A DNA stretch of 64,000 nt, taken from positions 5,257 to 69,256 of the IMG/VR virus record IMGVR_UViG_3300037808_001962; one strand, written 5' to 3'. The translations under genes and the position numbers were made by a program. Source of the DNA: a virus. This document shows positions 18,745 through 28,531 of the stretch, piece after piece; position 1 is the stretch's first letter, and each line of letters opens with the position of its first letter. The notes beneath the pieces were generated by a model, which was given only the letters and a program-made list of their open reading frames with translations, ran no database searches and was not told the DNA's origin.

Positions 18745-20598
18745 ATGTCAGACCCTATATTAAATAATGATTTAATAGGTATACCCGGAGTTGGTACTCA
18801 AACTGTTTATTCCAATACTTATGGGAGTAATTGGCAATTTGGGATTGCTATTGATTTAAACAATAGGAAATTTGAATTTAGTAAAGTTATTAAATTTAGT
18901 TTAGCAGCAGATGATTTTGGTATTTCTGAACCTGCTATAAATACACATCAGATAGGTATATCTCATTCTGCTCAAGATATTTCAAGTTTACCTTCTAATT
19001 ATCTTCAATATGGGGACAAAGCTTTAATAGGTCCTTCTACTAAAGTGGGCTATGAAGGTTATACTGAAACTATTAGAATATCAACCGCAGCTCAAGTTAC
19101 GGCCACTAATACTAATTCTTGGTCTAATGGTATATTGTATTCATTGGATAGAAAAAATAAATATCGTTATCAATTAGGGGATTCCGTTACTCTAAAGGGT
19201 ACGGGTCAGGCAGCAGGATGGGAAGCTCAAAATGCCCAGATGGCTACATTAGGTATTGTATCAGGTTATTCAGCATTAGGGGAAATGGGTAGATATATAA
19301 GCTATAACAGTACTGCTATGAGGGATCAAGCAATTGAGTGGGAGAATAGCTTGGGTTCTAATTTTGCCGGCATAAAGATCATGCTACCCACTCATAGCGC
19401 CTATTCTACCGATACTAATAGTAATCAACCTGCTATTCATAATTCAACTAGAGGATTAGCTCCTTGGAGGGCTAATTGGACTACTTTAAATACGGGAACC
19501 TTAGACTGGTTCACGGCTTCGGGACAACAGGGCGTATTTAGGTATATAAGGAAACATAATGATGATTCAGATTATGCATTATTAGCTTATAATACTAATT
19601 CCACTATTGATGGAACTAATTTATCCCTTGAAAACACCCATGCACCTTTATTGACAGGATTTGTTCACCCAGGAGGGGAATATAAACAACATGCTCAGTG
19701 TTTATTTACAATGGTTAATAGTCTTTCTACAACCTCAGGAGCCGATAAAATAAGTAATGGTATATTTACACAGTATTTAACTAGGTCTATTAATGATAGT
19801 CAAGATATGTCTTATGCTAAACTTATTCCAAATACTCATTATAGATTAGGTATTACTTGGAAAGGGGATATTCAAGGAAGTGTATCATCTAATTCTAAAA
19901 CTTTCGCAAAATTTCAATGGGGGCCTACAACCTACCATGGTTCAGCTGATACTAATCATTATCAAGGAGCTATGCTTTCTACTTCTGAATTATTAAACTC
20001 TGGTTCTCCCACTCAATCTACCTATACTACTAATATGGTTTCAGGCTATGTGGGGGCAGTAAATACAGACTTATTAGACCCAGATAATAATAATTTAAAA
20101 ATAGAGGTTATTCAACAAGCCGCTACAGCCTCAACTACTGTTGCTGCTCAAAATAATCGAGGCGGAGAAATAAAAACTTTTATTGATAGTATTTGGTTAG
20201 AACATGAAGGTGATCTAGCTAATGCCTCAGGTAATGGCTATGTAGAAATAGATCATGCTCCTGCTCAGGGTACTTTATCAATAAATAGGTTTGAAGCGGT
20301 TAAACCTAAAACTGTAATACTAGCTGATGGAACCTCAGAAAAGATTGATACTACAGGCTTTAATAAAAGATGGCTTTATAAAATAAAGGCTGATTTTAAT
20401 TATACAAATGCGGATATTTGGGAAACTTTCAGGAGTTTAATGAAATGGCAAGATAAAGGTTATAAATTAGCCTTACACCCGTTTTTACCAGAAATACCTC
20501 ATTGTTTAGTGGGATTTTTAGAAATTCAAAATATTAGAAAAAGTTTTTGGGACTTAAATAAATTTACTTTTTCGGTACAATTTACAGAAACGGACTAA
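18745..20598 (+). CDS. Tail protein, probable distal tail (Dit-like) with carbohydrate-binding insert
   Basis: Directly after tape measure; S/T/N/G-rich; ends FTFSVQFTETD like Dit C-termini. Confidence 0.55.
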   Translation: MSDPILNNDLIGIPGVGTQTVYSNTYGSNWQFGIAIDLNNRKFEFSKVIKFSLAADDFGISEPAINTHQIGISHSAQDISSLPSNYLQYGDKALIGPSTKVGYEGYTETIRISTAAQVTATNTNSWSNGILYSLDRKNKYRYQLGDSVTLKGTGQAAGWEAQNAQMATLGIVSGYSALGEMGRYISYNSTAMRDQAIEWENSLGSNFAGIKIMLPTHSAYSTDTNSNQPAIHNSTRGLAPWRANWTTLNTGTLDWFTASGQQGVFRYIRKHNDDSDYALLAYNTNSTIDGTNLSLENTHAPLLTGFVHPGGEYKQHAQCLFTMVNSLSTTSGADKISNGIFTQYLTRSINDSQDMSYAKLIPNTHYRLGITWKGDIQGSVSSNSKTFAKFQWGPTTYHGSADTNHYQGAMLSTSELLNSGSPTQSTYTTNMVSGYVGAVNTDLLDPDNNNLKIEVIQQAATASTTVAAQNNRGGEIKTFIDSIWLEHEGDLANASGNGYVEIDHAPAQGTLSINRFEAVKPKTVILADGTSEKIDTTGFNKRWLYKIKADFNYTNADIWETFRSLMKWQDKGYKLALHPFLPEIPHCLVGFLEIQNIRKSFWDLNKFTFSVQFTETD

Positions 20599-20601
20599 TA
20601 T

Positions 20602-21795
20602 ATGCCTAGTAATGAACCAAGCATTGGTAACAGCAGAAAAATTACGGGTATACAGCCTAAATTCTTTATAAAAGATAATGGGACTGATTATACGGATGGT
20701 GAAGAATTCAATGGACTTTGGTCAGCGGGAAATGATTCTAGTCCTACGGGTTATGGATCTATGGGGCATTGGAAATTAAATGAAGAAGAAGGTCCTATAG
20801 CTTTTAATAATAGGGTAAGGGGTTATACTGATCTGTTCTGTGGCGGTACTTCCTGGTCAAGTGATGGGTCAGGTAATTATCTTCAATATATATTACCTAA
20901 TAATTCTGCCCTAGCTAACCCCTCTTCCAATTATTATATAATGATGGGAACGGGAGGTAGTTATAGTGAAACTGCTGCCTTTGATAATTTCCTTAAAACT
21001 AATACGGGAGGTACCGGCTTTGAGTCAATTAGGGGATTTACCTCGGGTCAATATATGTTTGACTTATGGGGCTATTTTAGAAAGCCTCCTTCCTCTAGTG
21101 GAGGTATTCAAACCTTATTTTATTTACATCATGATACTAATGGGGCTTTAGTAAATAGAGTGCTAAGGTTTTGTGTAGAAAATGTAGCAGGTTCACCGGT
21201 ATTAGCCCTTTATTATGCTAATAGTCTTAAAACTACTTTTACTAAGATTTATAGTAGTGAAGCGGGAGCAGCTATATTCCCCGGTGGCTTATCACAAGAT
21301 GGGGGGCTTCATCAAGTGGGATTTGTATTTGATAGAACTGTAACTACTGCGGGGGATATTGATATGAGTACTGCTCCTTATGGCTTTTATGTTGATGGTA
21401 AATATTACCCTAGTACTTCAGGCAATACCTCGAGCTGGGCTACAGCCTCCTTAAGCATAAATACTAATGCTTTTATAGGGTGTGAGGTTGATTCGGTTGA
21501 TGGGAATTTTTCAGCTCCTAAAGCTACGGGAACTCCTAGATTTATAAACCATTTTACAGGAAAATTATATCAAGCTCAATTATGTTCATCTACGGGTATT
21601 ACCGAAGATAGAATGAGAATGATCCATGGGTTAAAATTTAATATACCTCGAGGACCTGCTCCGGTTGATTTTTCAGAGCGATATGAATATAATGGTAAAA
21701 ATTTATTACAAGAGATTGGAAATATTGATCAGGTTATTGGTAATGATAAGGGCGGTTTTTATATTAATATAAATCAAGTTAAGGTTAGAAATTAA
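20602..21795 (+). CDS. Tail protein with LamG/concanavalin-like domain
   Basis: GHWKLNE, HQVGFVFD, FYVDG, FIG, FTGKL motifs of LamG domains. Confidence 0.65.
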   Translation: MPSNEPSIGNSRKITGIQPKFFIKDNGTDYTDGEEFNGLWSAGNDSSPTGYGSMGHWKLNEEEGPIAFNNRVRGYTDLFCGGTSWSSDGSGNYLQYILPNNSALANPSSNYYIMMGTGGSYSETAAFDNFLKTNTGGTGFESIRGFTSGQYMFDLWGYFRKPPSSSGGIQTLFYLHHDTNGALVNRVLRFCVENVAGSPVLALYYANSLKTTFTKIYSSEAGAAIFPGGLSQDGGLHQVGFVFDRTVTTAGDIDMSTAPYGFYVDGKYYPSTSGNTSSWATASLSINTNAFIGCEVDSVDGNFSAPKATGTPRFINHFTGKLYQAQLCSSTGITEDRMRMIHGLKFNIPRGPAPVDFSERYEYNGKNLLQEIGNIDQVIGNDKGGFYININQVKVRN

Positions 21796-24700
21796 TGCCT
21801 GTAAATGAACCAAATTTAATTGAAGATAGAACGGGGGGAGACCGATTTTGGGATAAATATATTACCCAGGATTTTACTACTGAAAATGGGTTTAAGGCTA
21901 AATTCTCCCCTACAATAGGTGGTAGTAATACTGCTTGGCAAAATAAAGAAGTATTATTTGCAGTAGATATTGGATTTGCAGATGGAAGAAGTGAAATAAG
22001 GAATATTGCTGCGGGATTGATTGAATCTATTGTTACTAAACGTAGTTCTCCTTTAGCTACAATTAAAATTGCTTCTTTAACTAAATCAATGAAATCTGCT
22101 AATGCAGAAAAGGTTAAAGACGGATCTGGGTGGTATGAGAACAAACCTGTAAGTTATATTATTAACCGATTATTAGAACTAGTTTATAGAGACAATGATG
22201 GATATTTACCTGATACCCGAAGATTATCAAGAGAGTTAATTAAAATACCTACTCTGGATAAGAAACTGGGCTATTGGGGATTAGGGGTTCCTCCTAATTG
22301 GGATGGATCTAGTTTTACACCCTCTGAAACTGCTTTTCCCGTAACCTCTATATGTACTAATGAAGCAAAAAACTTTTTATATGTGGGATTAGGAGGAGTA
22401 GATGGGATTAATCCCGGAGAATTATGGCAATATGATATTAGCAATAATATCTGGACTTTTTTAGCTAAAACCGGTACAGTTTCCCCCACTAATAATCTCA
22501 ATAATGTAGGTTTACATAACTTAGTTTATAATACAAATGATGGTTTAATATATGGGGCTTTGTGGATTGATAAGGGTGATACTCAGTCAAGTGTTGAAGA
22601 TGCCGCTAATAAAATTAATTGGTTTGCTCCCGAGGCTAGAATCTTTTGGTGGGACCCCGAAAATCCTGGAACTGATTCCGGTCCTTATTTAAATGATAAT
22701 ACTTATAGTCTATCTATTGGTAATATATGGCCGGGGGAATGGGATATTAGAGAAATGTATCGTCATGATTCTGCTGCAGAAATGGGGATTAAAAAAGATG
22801 GAGGACCTGGTCCTACCTCACAGGGGGCTGATTTAAATGAAGTTAATACCTATAAATTAGATGCTAAAGCAAGTGTAGGAAATTTTAATGCTTTTAAATA
22901 TATAAGTGTACCCTTTGGCCCTGTAGGGCAACAAGGGTTTGGAAATGATGGAGAGCCTCGAAGAACTGCTCATAAATATCATCCTCAGCCCGCAACAAAT
23001 TCTGTTGCATGGGAAGCAGACCCTTTAATGCAAACTTGGGGTAATACCCTTTATGGTACTGCTAAAGGTGAATTGATACCTACTACATCAAACGGAGATA
23101 CTGCTTGGACAAATGCTACAGGAACTACTGCTCCCGATGGATGGATTAGAGCGGGTACAGCCCAATTCAGCGTAGGGGGGGCAGATAATTTAGTTATTAC
23201 CAATGCTAATCAAACTACTAGTGGACTAAATTTAACTCTTAGCGGTATTGAGGATAATATGACTATTTATCGCTTAAGGATTGAGGGAGGTTTAAATTAT
23301 GAATTATTTGTATCTAATAGTGCTCATGGTACTAATTCTATACCTTATGGACCTTTAGGTCCTGTCAATAGTGTAGGCTATAGTAATACTTATTACGGTA
23401 ATGGGGATTACTATTTCGGAGTATTATCTACTAACTCAATTGATAACCCTAATTGGGCTTCTAATGATAATCTTTATCTTTCATTAAGACGACGAAGTGC
23501 TTCGGGTAATATTGAGATGAATAATATAAGTTTGACCGTTGCTAGGTATTGGGACAAATGGCACTCATTATCTAAACAGGCGGGGGAGAATATACCTCTT
23601 ACTAGCTATAGTAAAATTATTGCGGGAGCTACAATTAAATATCCCACCCATGGTATTAGCGGAGCAATAAGAGACCCTGATATTGCCATTGGCCCTCAAG
23701 AGGAAATAGCCTATTATACAGCGGATGAAGGTCCCGATTTTGAATTGTATGATTCTGATGTACCCTCTAATCCCAATGCAGTTCCCGACCCTGCGTTAAC
23801 TTATGCAGGTAAAAAGAGGAATGAAGAAATATTTTTAGATTTTAATTTAGTAGCCCAGGATAGGAGATTATTACCAGGAGCGGATTGGACTACTGCTGCT
23901 TATCACCCAATGTATGGACCAAGTGAAGCCGAAGACGGTATTAGCCCCGACAATAGTAAAAGATTTGTAGTGGGAGGTAGAAATCTATCTACTCCTGCTA
24001 CATACAATTCCTCTACTTATAGTAATGAAGCTCGTATTGTAGATATGGGACCAAGGGTGGGTAATACTAATAACCCTGGAGCTTGGACCGGGGTTGATGC
24101 ATTTTATAGTGATACTAATACTATGCAAACAGGAAAAACGGGGCATGGTTATGCTTCTGTCCAATTACAGGCTATTGGAGAAAGAGCTATGGATGCTACT
24201 ATTTCTGATGATTATGCACTGTCCGGTATAGTTAGATATACAAACGGTCAGCAGGGCTTTTTTACTTTTTCTCAAGAAGCAGACAATGGTAAAGGGGTTA
24301 TTATGTTTGCGGCTTTTGATGGGGATATTCCTTTAGATGCTCAACAATTCAATTGGGGCCCTAATTCGGGATCAGGTAATAGATTTGAAATAAAGTATAG
24401 AGCTTTTAAATGTAATGGAGGGTCTAGTCAATCCCTTTTAGATTTCCCCTCCGCTGAATCCGGAACAGGGGTAGGAACTATTAAAACAAGAAGAGATATA
24501 GGCTCTTTTGCCCCCTACCTTACAGGGGGAGAAAATTGGGTACCTGTTTATCCTACCGCAGGATGTACTGATAATCAAGGTAATTTTTATATAGGATCAA
24601 TTGAGTCTTTTTCACAAACTGCCCTATATACAGGTTCTAATGAATCTTCAATTTATGCTAAATCCTATATTATAAAAGTAGCATTAGGGACGGGATCTTT

Positions 24701-27200
24701 TTCAATAGCAGGTTCTAGTTCTTCCTTGTTATACACCTCAGGTAGTGATGCTTCCGTCTATAATACGGATGGAGTAGGAGGTTGTTGGGGTAGACTAAGC
24801 AATGATTGGAATTTAGCTTCAGCTGAATCCTCATCAATAAATAATACAAGAAAAATTTGTTGGTTACATTTTAATCCTTATATGGATTCAAATAAACTTA
24901 GTGGTTGGGCATTTAGGAGAGATTCCCTAATTGCGAACCCATTGGGGGCAGGAGTAGGTAGTCTTGCTATACCTTGTCATGAGGTTTTTATTACTGATGG
25001 AAGCACTACTAATGAATTAACTATAGTAGATATGGATACCGCTGATGGGCTAAATATTAATGCGGGGGGTTTTACAGGCTTTTGTAGTACTAATGGTAAT
25101 ATTGCACCTGAGACTACTAGTTTAGGGACTCAGCCCGCCACATGGTATTTTAGAGGAAAGAAATCTACCGTACTACCTAGTTCCTATGAACTAATGGGAG
25201 AAGGTTCTGAAATTAATTATATGTTCAATGATGCAAGCGGTAATCTTATTGGGGGTAATTTTTGGGATGATGCAACTACCTCTGCTCTATCTAAAAAAGT
25301 TAAATTTGATGAAGCTTTTATTGGTAGTAAAGTAGCTACTGCGGGGATTATAGATGCGGGTCTTGATACAGAAAGGGAAGTCTTGTTTAGCTCTTTTGAT
25401 AATTATATATCTTATTTCCATACTAGTGCTACAGCTAGGTCAAATGCTATTTGGTCTTCAGATAGACAGTTATTTAAGATAGACGATGTTGAGGTGGACC
25501 CTATAATTGATCTTTTTGATTTTACCGGATTAAATGTTTATGATGCAATTACTCGCTTAGCTTGGGCCCATAATTTTGTTTTTGGATTTGATGTAGATAA
25601 ATTCTTTATTATTTCTAAGGATCTTCAAGAAATTACTCATACACTAGATGCAGGTAATGGGGATATTCTAGACCTAGAAAAAACTATAGACAATGAAATT
25701 AGAAATATTATTTCTATTCAACCTTATATTCCTCAGGTTCAAGATGTTGATTGGGAAATTACCCATATTGGAGATGATTCAGTATTAGCTGATGAAACTT
25801 TATTCAATGGTGATCTAGTGTTACAAGTTAATACTCATAGAGAAGCCAGTCTAAATCTAATATGTACCCGTAAAGGAAGATTAATTATGGATCAATACGG
25901 TACAGCCGATGATCCGCTACCTGAAGGTAGTTCATGGACGGGAGAGGTAACTGATTCTATTTCAAACCCTGAAGATCGTCTAATACCTATGTTTAAGTTT
26001 AAGGTTAATGCTCCAACTAAGAATGTAGTTCTTATGTCTACTATAGGGGTTGATTCAACTGATCTCTATCTTAATACCACCTTTTCAGGAGGAGTAAGCC
26101 CTATTCAAAAAGGTGATATTATCATTTTTTCTAATCCGGAAACCTTTGAACAAATTGGAAGAGTAATATCAATCATTGATGCTACAAATAATATGATTAC
26201 TATTGAAGAGGGGGTAGGATTTGTGGTTGAAAAAAATACTCCTTTAGGTATTGCTAGTGCTAATACGGGAAACAGGACTACTTCTAGTGGTAATGTTGAC
26301 CAAAGAAGCTATGGTACTACTTATAGTGATGAGGGGGTTTGTGTAATAACGGTGGTAGGGGCCGAAACTATTAATGGCAATATTCACCAAGTTTTAACTG
26401 TTAATAATATTAATCCCTTTAGAGGATTTAACTTTACTCTTTACAATACTGAAAGCTATAAACACTATGCATTCTTATTAACTACAATGAGTAGTTCTGA
26501 GGTAAATGGGGCTATTTTACCGAGTGGAGCACTAGGAGGGTCTAGTACTTCTACCCTAGCTTGGGTATATAAAGTAGATGAGAGTGGGATGAAGATTTAT
26601 CTGAATGGTCAATATTCTCATTTTTCAGTTAACCAGGTATTGAGGATCCACTATTGTATGCAACCGGCTATTTTAATTAAAAAAATTGATGGCGGATCCC
26701 ATGAGCCCCCTCCTTATACTTCAGTTATGCAAGACTTACCCGAGGGTTTAGCTAGTTGGCATTGGGCTTGTGATGAAGTAACTGATCTATTTAATGTGGG
26801 AGATAGAGTTAATTTTAAATTTAAAGGCATTAAATTAGTTAAAGATAGTGCAACTATCTATACAGGGGCTAATACCTCCTCTATGGCTAAATATGGGGAT
26901 AGGCCTTGGACCTTTCCTGATAATAGATTTGTCAATCATAATAAAGTAGAATATTGGGTTAGTAAATTTTTACAGGAATATAGCCATCCTCGTATGAAAA
27001 TTAAAGCAACTCTACCCTTTAATGAGGATATTAGTTTTATGACTCCTGCAGGTAATTTATTAAGGACTATCAGGATAGTAGATGAAGTTATGTTTCCCGG
27101 AATTTCATCCTTTAGTGTTACCGGGTATCTATTAAAACTAAGTATAAATTTGAAAACTTTTAAAATGAATATTGAATTCAGAACAGAGGAGCAATATTAA
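21795..27200 (+). CDS. Large tail tip/baseplate hub and receptor-binding protein
   Basis: 1801 aa, G/S/T/N-rich, propeller-like and CBM-like segments, hub-like termini; last large gene of the tail module. Confidence 0.7.
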   Translation: MPVNEPNLIEDRTGGDRFWDKYITQDFTTENGFKAKFSPTIGGSNTAWQNKEVLFAVDIGFADGRSEIRNIAAGLIESIVTKRSSPLATIKIASLTKSMKSANAEKVKDGSGWYENKPVSYIINRLLELVYRDNDGYLPDTRRLSRELIKIPTLDKKLGYWGLGVPPNWDGSSFTPSETAFPVTSICTNEAKNFLYVGLGGVDGINPGELWQYDISNNIWTFLAKTGTVSPTNNLNNVGLHNLVYNTNDGLIYGALWIDKGDTQSSVEDAANKINWFAPEARIFWWDPENPGTDSGPYLNDNTYSLSIGNIWPGEWDIREMYRHDSAAEMGIKKDGGPGPTSQGADLNEVNTYKLDAKASVGNFNAFKYISVPFGPVGQQGFGNDGEPRRTAHKYHPQPATNSVAWEADPLMQTWGNTLYGTAKGELIPTTSNGDTAWTNATGTTAPDGWIRAGTAQFSVGGADNLVITNANQTTSGLNLTLSGIEDNMTIYRLRIEGGLNYELFVSNSAHGTNSIPYGPLGPVNSVGYSNTYYGNGDYYFGVLSTNSIDNPNWASNDNLYLSLRRRSASGNIEMNNISLTVARYWDKWHSLSKQAGENIPLTSYSKIIAGATIKYPTHGISGAIRDPDIAIGPQEEIAYYTADEGPDFELYDSDVPSNPNAVPDPALTYAGKKRNEEIFLDFNLVAQDRRLLPGADWTTAAYHPMYGPSEAEDGISPDNSKRFVVGGRNLSTPATYNSSTYSNEARIVDMGPRVGNTNNPGAWTGVDAFYSDTNTMQTGKTGHGYASVQLQAIGERAMDATISDDYALSGIVRYTNGQQGFFTFSQEADNGKGVIMFAAFDGDIPLDAQQFNWGPNSGSGNRFEIKYRAFKCNGGSSQSLLDFPSAESGTGVGTIKTRRDIGSFAPYLTGGENWVPVYPTAGCTDNQGNFYIGSIESFSQTALYTGSNESSIYAKSYIIKVALGTGSFSIAGSSSSLLYTSGSDASVYNTDGVGGCWGRLSNDWNLASAESSSINNTRKICWLHFNPYMDSNKLSGWAFRRDSLIANPLGAGVGSLAIPCHEVFITDGSTTNELTIVDMDTADGLNINAGGFTGFCSTNGNIAPETTSLGTQPATWYFRGKKSTVLPSSYELMGEGSEINYMFNDASGNLIGGNFWDDATTSALSKKVKFDEAFIGSKVATAGIIDAGLDTEREVLFSSFDNYISYFHTSATARSNAIWSSDRQLFKIDDVEVDPIIDLFDFTGLNVYDAITRLAWAHNFVFGFDVDKFFIISKDLQEITHTLDAGNGDILDLEKTIDNEIRNIISIQPYIPQVQDVDWEITHIGDDSVLADETLFNGDLVLQVNTHREASLNLICTRKGRLIMDQYGTADDPLPEGSSWTGEVTDSISNPEDRLIPMFKFKVNAPTKNVVLMSTIGVDSTDLYLNTTFSGGVSPIQKGDIIIFSNPETFEQIGRVISIIDATNNMITIEEGVGFVVEKNTPLGIASANTGNRTTSSGNVDQRSYGTTYSDEGVCVITVVGAETINGNIHQVLTVNNINPFRGFNFTLYNTESYKHYAFLLTTMSSSEVNGAILPSGALGGSSTSTLAWVYKVDESGMKIYLNGQYSHFSVNQVLRIHYCMQPAILIKKIDGGSHEPPPYTSVMQDLPEGLASWHWACDEVTDLFNVGDRVNFKFKGIKLVKDSATIYTGANTSSMAKYGDRPWTFPDNRFVNHNKVEYWVSKFLQEYSHPRMKIKATLPFNEDISFMTPAGNLLRTIRIVDEVMFPGISSFSVTGYLLKLSINLKTFKMNIEFRTEEQY

Positions 27201-27781
27201 TGAAAACTCTTGATAAATGGAATAGTTTTACTCCATCAGTTTCTAAGGTAGATAACTTCTTTGGAGGCATAAGACCTGAGTATACTTTTGACCAATTTAA
27301 AAATAGAAATACTGGAGGATTTTGTGCGGTTACATATAGGCTACAAGTAAATTCAGCTCAAAATGGTTATCATCATTTTATGGGTATGTATACTTCAACT
27401 CAGGGAGTGGCTTGGTCTAATGCTTGTGTAAAGGAATATTGTAGATCGGGAGAATACCAATTCAATTTACACTTTAATTTCCCCTTACCTACTCATAATC
27501 CGGGGGTAGGTCCTCAAGGCCCTACTGAACATTTAGAAAATAGTTATAGATATACTATGTTTTACGGTCAAGATTCTAATACCTATGGTACTGATAATAC
27601 TTGGACTAATAATAATATTATGGATATAATGGTATTAAGACCTACCCTTGTCAACAGCCAAAATGCCAACGATTTTATAAGGCTTTGGGATGCAAATACC
27701 TATAATGGTTGGCAAATGTATTTTACGGGATATCCCGTGGCTAATCCCACTATAGTAAATGGGACTAATTACGACCTATAG
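27200..27781 (+). CDS. Hypothetical tail-associated protein
   Basis: 193 aa, TAATG-coupled to the tail tip gene. Confidence 0.55.
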   Translation: MKTLDKWNSFTPSVSKVDNFFGGIRPEYTFDQFKNRNTGGFCAVTYRLQVNSAQNGYHHFMGMYTSTQGVAWSNACVKEYCRSGEYQFNLHFNFPLPTHNPGVGPQGPTEHLENSYRYTMFYGQDSNTYGTDNTWTNNNIMDIMVLRPTLVNSQNANDFIRLWDANTYNGWQMYFTGYPVANPTIVNGTNYDL

Positions 27782-27783
27782 AA

Positions 27784-28026
27784 TTAGAATATTCTCCATC
27801 GAAGGTTTATTACTGCCTTCATAACATCTAAAACTTCTTTCATAATTGCATCTTTTTCTGCTTTAGTCAACTTCTTATCTTTGTAGCCCGACTCTAATTT
27901 TTCAGCTACATCCCCGATCTCTTTTATTATGTTTTTGTATTTTGAGGCAACCAAGGTAATCCCTCCCGCCAATACTAATCCCATAAGATAAAAGAAATTG
28001 GACCAACTTAACCAATCATTAAACAT
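27784..28026 (-). CDS. Small membrane protein, holin-like
   Basis: One N-terminal TM helix (FFYLMGLVLAGGITLVA) and a charged C-terminus; SD AGGAG. Confidence 0.45.
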   Translation of the reverse strand: MFNDWLSWSNFFYLMGLVLAGGITLVASKYKNIIKEIGDVAEKLESGYKDKKLTKAEKDAIMKEVLDVMKAVINLRWRIF

Positions 28027-28067
28027 GTGTTTATTCTCCTGTTTTTATGTGTAGTTGAACTTAAACC

Positions 28068-28520
28068 CTATTTTTGAAAGTATTTACGTGTATTTTCATT
28101 AGATTTAAGAAGATTATTAAGGACATGTCTATAAATACTATGGCGACCATTTGCTTTTAATCTTGCCCATACATTACCCAGCATACCTTGATAAACTACT
28201 GCTTGTTTATTAGCGGTTAATACTTTTAATCTACAGCTAAGGTTTTTACCTTCATCAGACCTTAGAGCTTGAGTAACATCTAAACAAAGTCGTTGAAACT
28301 TAGTAGCTTCATCAACCTCTATCGGTTCTTCTGATTTTTTAAACTCTCCCATTTCTTGAGTTAAAGGAGTAATCATAGTAGCCCTTACCCCCTCAGAGTC
28401 TGTTTCTACAGCATTAGAAGTAGTAGAATCTACCCCTTGAGGGGGGGCGGTTGTATCTTGAGTACCCATATCTAGCTTTTCAACTATAGGCTCTTCTTTT
28501 CTTTTTCTTTTTCTTGGCAT
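28068..28520 (-). CDS. Hypothetical protein
   Basis: 150 aa ORF collinear with the operon. Confidence 0.6.
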   Translation of the reverse strand: MPRKRKRKEEPIVEKLDMGTQDTTAPPQGVDSTTSNAVETDSEGVRATMITPLTQEMGEFKKSEEPIEVDEATKFQRLCLDVTQALRSDEGKNLSCRLKVLTANKQAVVYQGMLGNVWARLKANGRHSIYRHVLNNLLKSNENTRKYFQK

Positions 28521-28531
28521 TTTTTAGTTCC

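Noticed and set aside
21786-21797. Programmed frameshift joining the LamG protein to the tail tip protein
   Set aside because: No canonical slippery heptamer, and a TAG in the -1 frame three codons upstream; TAATG coupling explains the overlap
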